Shown here piece by piece: positions 12,847-25,000 of a DNA stretch of 64,000 nt. The stretch lies in assembly GCF_009914755.1 (NCBI RefSeq), contig NC_060927.1. One strand, 5' to 3'. The notes below the pieces were generated by a model. The model saw nothing but the letters and a program-made list of their open reading frames with translations. It made no database searches and was not told where the DNA came from. Source of the DNA: the human T2T-CHM13v2.0 reference genome, Homo sapiens. The position numbers and the translations under genes were made by a program. Position 1 is the first letter of the stretch, and the number at the start of each line of letters is the position of its first letter.

Positions 12847-13351
12847 CCAGTAGGAAGGAGCAGTAAATAGAAAAAGAATAGTAAGTTACTGCTGAGTAAA
12901 AAAGTACATATTCATATATGATATATTCCAGATGCATATTCCTTAAATCAAGTTATTGATAAATCAGTAGATTTGATAAATATTAATACTTCATTAATCA
13001 TTTGGCACATGGATGTTTTGAGAATCAACTATAGTCACTCAGTGATATGGCCCAGCATCTAAATTAGCCTCCAGACCCCAAGCCCTGACTCTTCATAGCA
13101 TATTCCACTTCTTCCTGAAACAAATGAAAAAGGTAAAATAAAGTAGCCCAATAGGAAATTGAACAGCGCCTTCAAAGCAAGCTGAGAAAGATTCATTAGG
13201 TTCACACAAACATCTCATAAACAAAACCAGAAGCAGGAAAGAAAATAGTCGCAGAAGGATCTAACTAGGACTAACTGGATCAAGGGATGTTTGTGGGGAA
13301 AGGATACAGGAATTTCCCCAAATAACTGTAAGTATGTATGTGTATGCTCGA

Positions 13352-13618
<267 letters not shown>

Positions 13619-13719
13619 GTAAGTGTAAATACGAATGCATGCAAGCATTCTTCATTGACATGAATACCTTCTAAAATGTTTAAAGGGACTTTACTTACCA
13701 TATAAAATCTGTTTTGTTT

Positions 13720-14410
<691 letters not shown>

Positions 14411-14447
14411 GAAGAGGTGGGCAGAAGAGTTAGTGTCAAAGTGATGC

Positions 14448-15005
14448 TGAGAGGTGAAGCCAGCTGCACTTCTGGGTTGGGTGGGGACTTGGAGAACTTT
14501 TCTGTCTTACAAGAGGATTGTAAAATGCACCAATCAGCACTCTGCAGCTAGGATTGTAAAACGCACCAATCAGCGCTCTGTGGCTAGCTAGAGGTTTCTA
14601 AAATGGGCCAATCAGCACTCTGTAAAAACACACCAATCAGCTCTCTGTGGCTAGCTAGAGGTTTGTAAAATGGACCAATCAGCACTCTGTAAAATGGACC
14701 AATCAGCACACTGTAAAATGGACCAATCAGCACTTGGTAAAATGGACCAATCAGCAGGACATGGGCAGGGACAAATAAGGGAATAAAAGCTGGCCACCCA
14801 GTCAACACAGGGAACCCAGTCAGGTCCATTTCTAGGTTGTGGAAGCATTGTTCTTTTGCTCTTCACAATAAATTTTGCTGCTCCTCACTGTTTGGGTCCA
14901 TGTGACCTTTAAAGCTTTCTTTAACATTTAAGGTCCGTGGCTTCATTCTTGAAGTTAGCGAGATGGAGACCACAAGCCCACTGAAAGGAACCAACTGCAG
15001 ACACA
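14448..15005 (+). mobile_element. Solo LTR12 (ERV9 family, LTR12F-like), complete, inserted in an MLT1D-like LTR
   Basis: Begins TGAGAGGTGAAGCCAGC and ends ...AGACACA. 4-bp TSD ATGC at 14444 and 15006. Eight CCAATCAG repeats, AATAAAAGC TATA-like element at about 14782, AATAAA at 14867. Confidence 0.93.
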
Positions 15006-15250
15006 ATGCATGTGAGAAAGACTCAGCCCTATTTTCTGGCTTTGAAGCTGGAGGAAGGAGCCAGGAGCAAAAGAATGAAGACAGTTTCCAGAAGCTGCAA
15101 AAGGGCAGGGACAGATTCACTCCAGGAAGCCCCAGAAACAAACACAGTCCTGCTGACACCTTGATTTCAATCCAGTGAGACATATTTTGGACTTCTGACC
15201 TACAGAGCTAAAATAATAGTAAGATAATAAAGTTATGTTGCCACCACTGA
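15006..15250 (+). mobile_element. MLT1D-like LTR (continuation of 14410-14447)
   Basis: tggctttgaagctggaggaagg...ctgctgacaccttgattt...ggacttctgacctacaga. Confidence 0.8.
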
Positions 15251-15437
15251 AAACAGTTTTATTTTGCTTTGGTTTAAGCTAACTGAGCTAATACAGCTGC
15301 CGTATTTTATGACACTTGCCTAAGGAAGACTTCCCATCCCTGCACTGCTCCCGGCTAACCAGTCCTTTCTCGGGACTCCTGGAAACCTCCCACTCTCAGA
15401 GAGGTGTAGGGTATAAAAATCACAAGCTGATGGCTCA

Positions 15438-15604
15438 GGATGTAGCAAATAAAAATACAAGACCAAAACGAAACCCAACCGGAACACCGAGTTAAACGTG
15501 AATTGACCATGCGATATTTGGGACATACTTAACACTAAAAATTACTGGTTGTGTATCTGAAATTTACCTTTAACTGGGCTCATGTATTTTACCGGGCAAC
15601 CCTA
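15438..15604. mobile_element. MER53 palindromic MITE with an internal deletion
   Basis: tagcaaataaaaataca...gttaaa...atatttgggacatactta...tatctgaaattt...ttaactggg...tgtatttta..ggcaaccct. Confidence 0.8.
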
Positions 15605-15659
15605 CCCCCCGGTCACAGTGAGACTACACACGGGGTCTTTTGGTCATTTTGCAAGTGTA

Positions 15660-16420
15660 AAAGACTAACGGGAACACCGGCATTTTTCAAAGCTCGATTT
15701 CCAAACCTCCTTTAAACACTTGTCCCCATCCCCTCCCCGCAGGCCTTCAGTCGCTCTGGCACGCGGGCCAGCGCGGGAACACTCTGCGCAGGCGCACAGC
15801 GTTCCGCGGGGGACGCTCAGTAGGGTACGGGACGCGCGCGGGGAGACCCTGTGCAGCGACACCGGGGCTGTAGTCGCCGTCTGGAACCAGCGCGGGAATA
15901 GGTGCGCAGGCGCACAGTGGCTGGAGGGCAGCGGCGGCGTGGTCTCGGGCCACTTCCAAGCAGAGGGCAGCACCTGTCCCCTCGGAGGCGCTGCCAGCGC
16001 CCTCCCTCCTCCTCCGCAGGGCGCGGGACCTCTATTTATATCGCCCAGCCAGCACAGGCCCATATTGGGCAGTGGCCTCAGTCAGGCCCGCTGGCCGCCC
16101 TGCCACACGGTAGCGTCCAAGCCAGGTCGTGGCCCAGCGAGTGGGGACGCGCCCCGAACCAGGCAGCACCTTCGTAAGTAGGGGTAGCGCCCCGGGGGAA
16201 CGCGGCCCCCAGTCACAAGCCCTGCCTCAACTCCGGGCCAGGTTGAACCTGGGCGCCGACCCGGGGCCACCGGCACTTGCAGCCTCGGCTCTAAGTGACT
16301 TCCTTCGAGTCGCGGTGGGCCGGCGCCTGGCGTCAGGTGGGGCTCCCAGGAGCTGCTCCTCCAGGCCATCTCTGCCGTCTCCGACCTTCACCGTCGGGTT
16401 GTTCAGGCTCGTAGTCTGCA
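15660..16420. promoter_or_regulatory. KBTBD12: CpG-island promoter of KBTBD12
   Basis: Sharp rise in GC and CpG density. Contains two TGCGCAGGCGCA NRF1-type sites (15785, 15903), two GCGCGGGAA E2F-like sites, E-box CACCTG (15971), CTATTTATAT (16032) and a CArG-like CCATATTGGG (16060). Confidence 0.88.
15820..16173 (+). other. KBTBD12: Non-coding exon 1 (5' UTR); start uncertain, 3' end at donor TTC|GTAAGT
   Basis: Consensus GTAAGT donor at 16174 inside the CpG island, and no ATG in the preceding island sequence. Implies intron 1 = 16174-23536. Confidence 0.7.
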
Positions 16421-17539
16421 TAGTATTATCATCCTCCGAATTACCTGACCAATGTATTATTGTGCCTTCCGTCGCTAGACTGTAAGCACAACAAAGGTAA
16501 GGGGCACTTCCCTGTTCCTGGTTGTCTTCCCGGAACCTAGGATAGTGCCTGGCACTTAGAAGGGTTCGTTTAAGTTTAATAAACCCTGAATGTATCCCTG
16601 AGCAACTCTCTTAACTTTAAAGCCAGGAGAATAATTGCCCTACATTTTCCCCCAAATGATTCTTAAGAGGAACTAATGAGCTATAATGCGGATTAAAGCA
16701 CTTTGAAAAGTATAAAGCACTGTGAGAATGCAAAACAGTGTGAACTCGGCAAAGAAAAGAAAAGAAAACTGGTCTTATTTGTCTTTATCATCCATGTGCC
16801 TGGCTGTTACTGGATGCCCGGTGTGTGGGATGGATTATTATGAAATGAATCAGGTCTTTTTCCATGCTAGTGAGAAGCACAGAGTACATTTAGGGTGGTG
16901 CGTGTGTTCTCAGCCATTTCCTACCAGCCTCTGCAAGCGTAGGATTTTAGCAAGATGGTGTTGCTGAAACAAAATAGGGTGTGGAGACGTAATCGTATAA
17001 ACTGGGGGTCACAAACTTAAATGGCTGTAGGATAATGTAAATGGACAGGAAAGAGAAAAGCAACAGCGTAAGAATTACAAATAATGACTGTCCCTCAGGT
17101 CTCAAAGAGGATAATGGGGCCCAGCAGATGTGCCAGCTGAGAGGTGGCAGCTGGGTACTCAGGTCCTGCACATTGTTGCCGCTTGGGAATTAAGGACTCA
17201 GTGTTGCCATACCTTTCATTTTTTTCAGTAGATGCTGGAATATTTCAGCTTAGCATGTTGACAGCTAATTTACCAAAAACAAAACAAAAAGCAAAAAAAA
17301 AAAAAAAAACTGAGCAGCCAATTTGTAATCTCAGGCGTAAGTGAAGCCAATACATGGCTTCAGTAGTTCCTTAAGAATGGGGCCAAATCCCAGACAGCAA
17401 ATGACTGGGAATTAATTTTGAGGGTGCAAGTGAAAACTGGGTGTCATAGTGCATCACGCTATAAGCAAGGGAGTCACTTCACGATTCTGAATGATTTGAC
17501 TGGAACAAGAGGATAGCAACTTGAAGCATTAAGCGTTGG

Positions 17540-18336
17540 CGAGTGGGAAAAAACACAGAACTGTTTGTCTGCTGCTCTCACACAATGAACACAGAAAATG
17601 TCTGTAACCTCTGCTAACCAAGAGGTATGTGGAGACTTCTCCCCATCAGCAACCAATCACTTAGTTCTGCAGCAGACAGCAGCTTGGGTGTCCTCTAACT
17701 CAGTGCAATTCTGACACCATCTACCTGGAGACAGCGTCAGATCCCACAGGCTGAGAGCTCAGTCCCACAGGGCTACCACTATCTTCAGACACTAGTCCCA
17801 GCATCCAGAGCTTCTGACTGACCCATCTCAAGTTGGGGTTCCCTCTTTGGGTTTAATTTGCTAGGGCAGCTCACAGAATTCAGAAGAACGCTTAAGTTTT
17901 CCGGTTTACTATAAAGGATATTAACAAGGATACAGGTGAAGCGATATATAGGATGAGATATGCGGGAAGGGGTACAGCCAGGTGCACCACACTTCGGGAA
18001 CCCTCCACATGTTCAGCTATCCTGGAAGCTCTCCAAACCCTGTCCTTTTGGGGTTTTTAGGAAGGCTTCATTACATAGGCATGCTTGATTGGTGATCAAC
18101 TTAACTTTCTGCTCCTCTCCCTGGAGGTCAGGGGATGGAGCTGAAAGTCCCAATGCTCTAATCCTGCCTTATTCTTTCCGGGGACCAGCTCCTATCCTGA
18201 AGCTCTAGAGGCTGCCAGCCCTCAGTCAACTCATTAGTGTACAGAAAGGTATTTATCACTTTGGAGATTCCAAGGATTTTAGGAGTTGTATGTCAGGAAA
18301 AGGGCAAACACCAAATAAATATTTTATAGTATCACA
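17540..18336 (-). mobile_element. MER21-family LTR
   Basis: caattctgacaccatctacctggaga..gcgtcagatcccacagg...ggagattccaaggattttaggag...atcaca. Confidence 0.85.
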
Positions 18337-18514
18337 ATAAATTTTATATGTAGAAAAAATCTTGAATATAATCTTTTATTATCATGTACAAAACCTAGAG
18401 AAAAGTTATCATTAACTTGTAATTTAGGACTAAACAAAGCATTAATTTAATTGAACAAACCGTATTGAGCAACTCCTGTGTGCTAAGTGTCATCACAGAC
18501 AAGAATACAGAAAT

Positions 18515-18750
18515 GGCCAGGTATGGTGGCTCAAGCATATAATCCTAGCACTTTGGGAGGCCAGGTCAGGAGGATTGCTTGAGGCCAGGAGTTTGAGACG
18601 CACCTGGGCAACACAGTAAGACCCTGTCTCTACAAAAAATAAATAAATAAATTAGGCATAGTGGTGCATGTAGTGGTGCAGCTACAGGGGAGGCTGAGGT
18701 CCCAGCCTGGGCAACAGGGCAAGACCCTGTCTCTAAAATAAATAAGTAAA
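18515..18750 (+). mobile_element. AluJ with a right-arm deletion, inside an L2 fragment
   Basis: Left arm intact, right arm jumps ggctgaggt|cccagcctggg. TSD caagaatacagaa at 18500 and 18757. Confidence 0.85.
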
Positions 18751-19017
18751 CATTTTCAAGAATACAGAAGTGACGAAGACAAGTCCCTTACCCGCAGTGT
18801 GCTCATCATTGACAGGAGAGGCAAGCATCTGCAAAAGTGAATGGCAATAGCAGTGCAGCAACCACAGTGTACACAACACAGGCAAGAAAGCAAAGGGATG
18901 CGTCAGTGAGGAAGTGATATCTGAGCTGAATTTTGAAGACCAGGTTATATTTTTTCAGGTAGATTGGGGAGATATTTCTGACACAGATTTACACGTGTAA
19001 AGACAGAACAGCATGTT

Positions 19018-19324
<307 letters not shown>

Positions 19325-19789
19325 AGAACAGCGTGTTAAAGGCCCATATGCGTTAGAACTGTAGTAGTTTGGTACTACTCAAAGATTGAAAAATATAAGG
19401 AAGGAAAGTCAGGAGACGAGGCAGGAAAGTTTGGGAGGCGCCAGAATGCCTGAATGAGGGGTAGTGTTGGTGAAAACAGGCCCGGGATATTTTTGTAATG
19501 TGGGGTAATAACTTTATACACGGTAGTGACCAATGTACAAAAGGATCCCACCCTTAAAAATGGTTTTTTTTAAACAGTGAAACTGGAACATCATTTTCTG
19601 ACATCATAATGTTGATGTTCCTTGGATTGCCAAGGAACAAAGTGTAAGACCCTGCTCCTGTCCTATCCACAGACTGGAATTTAGCCCTGTCCAAGTCATT
19701 TCTCTTGTCTTCAGTCTTTCCTCGATAAAAATCAGTGGGTTTGATGTTGATCAACTCTATCATGATTATAAGCTACTCACTATACTGAA

Positions 19790-20079
<290 letters not shown>

Positions 20080-20469
20080 TCACACTGAACATTTTTATGG
20101 GAGAAAATACATGCCAGTTTAGGAATGCAGTAACTTCTTTTCCCACTGAAGCAGGATTAGGAATTGTATTTGCTCTTCCCTCTCATACAGGCGGATGCCA
20201 GCGATATTGAGGTGGAGGGAGGGCTATAACCACAGTTTTCAAAGCAGTCTTCATTCAGACTAGATAAGGAGGTCATAATTTTTTGTTTTTTCCAATCACT
20301 CATAAATTGGGCTACCTACACCCTGACACATTAAAAAGAAAATTCATGATGTATCTATTATCTCTCTCTCTAATATATATATATATGTATATGTAAATCT
20401 GATAATTCACACATGGTTTACATGGTTTACAACATTGAGGTTTTTCAAAAGCTGTGACCCTAATGCAGT

Positions 20470-21100
20470 TTTTTAAAATTTTAAACTTATACAATATTTA
20501 AGATATACAAAGAGGCATTAAGAATAATAAAGCATGTCTTGGATACCCACCAAACAGCTGGAGAAATTAAACATTTATACAGTTGAAACTCCTTGTCATC
20601 CTTCCCCACTTGCATCCCTCTTTTTCTGCAACTCCTGAAGGGAAACACTGTCTTGAAATTGGGGTTTATAATTACCCTTCATGTCTTTATATTCCACTAC
20701 AGTTGTACAGATCCTTAAAGAATTTACAATTCCAAGCTTACAGAAAAGTTCCAAGAATGGTACAAAAAACTCCTATATGCCCTATGCCAGATTCACCAAA
20801 TGCTCATACTTACTTCGTTGAAATCGATCATCAGTATTTACTCTATTAGAACATATAATATTGCTTTGCATATTAGAAATATATCAGTGGTATGTGGCAT
20901 GTATATTCTACAGTCTTTTTCACACATTATTATGTTTGTGAGATACAGCCATGTTGACGCATGTAGATCTAGTTCATTCTTTTTTTTTTTTTTTGCTGTA
21001 CTATATTCTCTAGTGAATATACTACAATCTGATCTCCTATTAAGGGATGTTTAAGTTATTTCCAAATTTTTGCTATTTCAAACAGTGCTGCTGTGAATTT
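20470..21100 (-). mobile_element. Degraded L1M 3' fragments
   Basis: catgttgacgcatgtagatctagttcattc...ttccaaatttttgctatt..aacagtgctgctgtgaa. Confidence 0.6.
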
Positions 21101-23536
21101 AAACTAGTGAAACTTCAGCAGAACATGGAGAGTTTCCTAGAAAAGAAGGCACGGTCATATATCAACCATTATTTCGAGAAAGTAGCAACTTAAGCAGTAA
21201 AAATAATATAGTAAAGATAATGTAAAGATTATAAAATTAAACACTGTCAAACATTCGTGGCTTAAAGAAATTGACTTTTTTTGCACCACATTAATATTTA
21301 CAGTGGTCCATTTCTCAAAATGAAATATAGTGGACAGGAGTATAACTGCTTTTTGGACTTAGAAAGTAATTAGAGTTTATTCTTGTGATTTATATGCATC
21401 TTTGCTACTCCATTTTTCTCTATTACTATGAGTACTATTATTATGAATGCACCAGTTCAGTCTTCTATAAATTGAAGCAGTGAGTAACTTCCCATTTATA
21501 TCACCGAGAACATTTATACAGTTTTGTTTTGCTGATGAAAGGAGAATGTACTTTGCCCTCATTACAAGGGAAAGTTACTATCAGCTCTCTTCACTTAGGA
21601 GCTGTGTCTATACCCACAGTGGTTTGTATATGTACCCAAATATTTTTATTATTTGAAAAATATATAGATATATCCTGCTTCACCTTTACCAAGCCAGTTT
21701 TACCAAGAAAATTGCATATTGTACATGCATGGCCTTATTTAATTCTCCTGAATATTCTTATGGAATTCTCAAAATGAACTTCAGGTGAGAAAACTAGAAC
21801 ATAAAGAGGCTAAGGAACGTGTTAATATTGCTAGATAATAGAGTAAGGATTCAAAACCAGGTCTCGGTCACCCAAGCCAAAATCTGTGTTCCTAACCTTT
21901 GAGCTTACTATGATATATCACTGGAAACTAATAATAATGTCCATTTATTGATCATTTGGATGCCAAAGACTAACTTAGCTACTTTACTTGTGTACATTAT
22001 TCCCATTTTACAGATGAAGAAGCCAAGGTTTAGGCTAAACTGGGATCCAAACCAGGGAAAGCCCCCATGTACAATGCGAGTGTCTTCTATGTACCTTATA
22101 TGTACAAGAAACAAAGCTGAGAATGTTTTTTTGAGGTGTGGTGGCTAATATAACTGCCCAGGTATTTTTCTGGATTTCCATCAGTAAATTCATTTGGTCT
22201 ATAAACCCCTAACAATTAGAGTAGCTTTCAGGAGTTGTATGAAATGCAGTTGGAAGGAAGGGATACAACAAATACATATAGGCCAGTTATTTCCGTTTTC
22301 AAATAAATTGTTTTTTGTGGTTGTTGTCAAAGCCAATGTTTTTGAGACAGACAAACTGCATCCAAGCAAAATATTTATTCAAGAAGTTGATTTATGTTTG
22401 GGAATCTGGGGATATCCAGATGCTCTTTTTAAAACAGGACCATTTCACTTCTCAAAACTCTTCAGCTGGGTTTAAGCAGAGAAGTGGAGAATAGTCACCC
22501 CAAAAGGATATTATCTTACTCATAATCTAGAAATGTATTAACTTTTCCCATCAATGTTATTCTCACTGCTTGCAACTTACAGCCAAGTTAGAACTGGAAA
22601 AGGTGGTAGAGACTTGAGATCCTCTTCTAACATTAAGGTTTCTGACTCTAGGAATGTCCTTCTTTAAAACAAACGCTAATTTAAATTAACTTCCTTGAAA
22701 CATCCCATGTCCATTTATCCAGGGAAGGTGAAGATGAGACAGCTAACTTTAAAAAATTTAGACTAATGCTTTTTAAGGTGAAGAGAGATTCAGTCTCTGC
22801 CACTATGAATTGGGGAAAAAATAAAAGCTGAGCAAGGAGGGAGGACAGAGAAATCATATAGTTTTAGGCATTTTCTAAGTTTAGGGTAATTTAGTTGTAT
22901 ATTTTAAATATTGTGACTTTTCAGATCAGCTGACATTTGGTAGTGCCTTCCAAAGCCCAGTAGATATAATCTTTGTGTTATCTACTGCTTTGAATTATTT
23001 GTCCCACATCAAAGTTTGAGCAGAATTTTAGTGGACCTTTTTTCAGTTTTTCCTCTTCCAGGGTATATTGTACAAGGCCCCAGTCATGAATTTATGGACT
23101 GACTATTATAACAGTTCGGTGTATTTTTTGGAGGGGATGCATATAACCTTTGGGGTGATTTTGCATCTCCTTGGAGAGAATATTAACTGATGCCCCTATA
23201 CCCTCTGCCTGCAGGTCAGCTGTATTTGGTAACTGGAAATGGAATTGCAAAATGTGCCCAGCTTATCACTTCTCTTTCTATACATGTTGGGAGGGAAATC
23301 TTTGCAGTCCTAGAAAAATCTCTGCCACTGATTAGGAGAATTTGTCACAGCAGTTAATTTATTACTGTTTACGTAATCAAAATTAATATTTTTAGATACA
23401 AAAGTAGTTGTCTTAAACTGCTCTGCTTGGAGTGAATAATATCTGTTTATAAATACTTTTTTTAGAACTAATGCTGCATATCTAAATTATAGAGAATTTT
23501 TTCTTAGAAGGAAACTGCCTTTTTTCTTTCCCTTAG

Positions 23537-23648
23537 AAATGTTTCCTGACATCTTTGTAGCTTCATGAGTAATCAGACATGCAAATAGCCCCTCAGGAAT
23601 CAAGCTACACTTAAAGAAGACTTAGTTGGAAACTTTGGAGAGTAGATC
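23537..23648 (+). other. KBTBD12: 5' UTR portion of exon 2 (112 nt, contains three uORFs)
   Basis: Polypyrimidine tract ttttttctttcccttAG ends at 23536. The main ATG at 23649 has a strong Kozak context (atcATGg). Confidence 0.75.
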
Positions 23649-24718
23649 ATGGAGTGCAAGATTGAGGGAAAAGAAAAATACCAACATAGCTTGAATTTAC
23701 TGAATAAAATTAAGAACATGAAAGAATTAGCAGAAATGATTGATGTGGTACTCACAGCAGAAGGAGAGAAATTTCCTTGCCACAGACTGGTCCTGGCTGC
23801 ATTTAGCCCTTATTTCAAAGCTATGTTCACCTGTGGACTACTTGAATGTAATCAAAGGGAAGTCATACTTTATGACATCACAGCAGAAAGTGTGTCGGTG
23901 TTATTAAATTACATGTACAATGCAGCTTTGGAGATCAATAATGCCAATGTACAGACTGTAGCTATGGCTGCCTATTTTATGCAGATGGAAGAAGTCTTCA
24001 GTGTGTGTCAAAAATATATGATGGACCACATGGATGCCTCCAACTGTTTAGGTATCTATTATTTTGCAAAGCAGATTGGAGCTGAAGATTTATCTGATCG
24101 ATCAAAGAAATATTTATATCAGCACTTTGCCGAGGTGAGCTTACATGAAGAAATACTAGAAATCGAAGTGCACCAATTTTTGACACTTATTAAATCAGAT
24201 GATCTTAACATATCCAGAGAAGAGAGCATTCTGGACTTAGTTCTGAGATGGGTAAATCATAACAAAGAATTGCGTACAGTGCATCTTGTTGAGCTTTTGA
24301 AGCAAGTCAGATTGGAACTTGTAAATCCTTCTTTTTTAAGACAAGCCCTAAGAAGGAACACAATGCTTCTGTGTGATGCAGATTGTGTTGACATAATTCA
24401 AAATGCATTCAAAGCCATCAAGACACCCCAACAGCACTCTCTAAATCTGCGCTATGGTATGGAGACTACCAGTCTTCTGCTTTGCATTGGCAACAATTCT
24501 TCAGGAATCAGATCAAGACATAGGAGCTATGGGGATGCCAGTTTTTGTTATGATCCTCTATCACGGAAAACCTATTTCATCTCATCTCCCAAGTACGGAG
24601 AGGGTTTAGGAACTGTGTGTACTGGTGTTGTCATGGAAAATAATACTATAATTGTGGCTGGAGAAGCAAGTGCCTCTAAACTCTCTAGACAAAAGAACAA
24701 GAATGTTGAAATTTATAG
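23649..24718 (+). CDS. KBTBD12: KBTBD12 first coding exon: BTB/POZ and BACK domains and start of the Kelch region (codons 1-357, phase 2)
   Basis: ORF with BTB motifs DVVLTAEGEKFPCHRLVLAAFSPYFKAMF and BACK motifs (NCLGIYYFA, LIKSDDLNISREESI...VLRWV). Donor ATAG|GTTTGT at 24719. Confidence 0.96.
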
Positions 24719-24875
24719 GTTTGTATCTAGCAGCAAATTTGCTTAATTATTTTGTTTTGATACTAGCAGCAGTAGAAGAAAGAACTGCAAAAAGTCATCA
24801 CATCTTAAATTATTTGTAGTCAAAATTACCCTATACATCTCCCATAAGGAATAGTATACAGAACATGCTTTTGTG

Positions 24876-25000
24876 TGTCTGTGTGTGTGTGTATACATTT
24901 ATATATATATATAATCTATAACTCATAAATATAGCATATATAAAAATATATAAATATATAATGTATATTATATAAAATATAAATGTAGCATATATATAAC
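24876..25000. repeat. (TG)n followed by (TA)-rich low complexity
   Basis: gtgtgtgtgtgtatacatttatatatatat... Confidence 0.85.

Noticed and set aside
14530-14760. Regularly spaced CCAATCAGC repeats superficially like a CRISPR array or coding repeat (ORFs 14584..14829 and 14651..14866)
   Set aside because: These are the standard U3 tandem repeats of LTR12, with no unique spacers, in a eukaryotic context.
15510-15545. ttgggacatactta.. resembles mature miR-1302 (MER53-derived miRNA family)
   Set aside because: This MER53 copy lacks the complementary left inner arm (tagtataagtatgtccc), so the pre-miRNA hairpin cannot form. The 3' part also diverges.
15665-16485. Cluster of overlapping 64-153 aa ORFs on both strands
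   Set aside because: Expected from stop-codon depletion in a CpG island. Most have non-ATG starts, Pro/Arg/Gly/Ala-rich low complexity and no recognisable domains.
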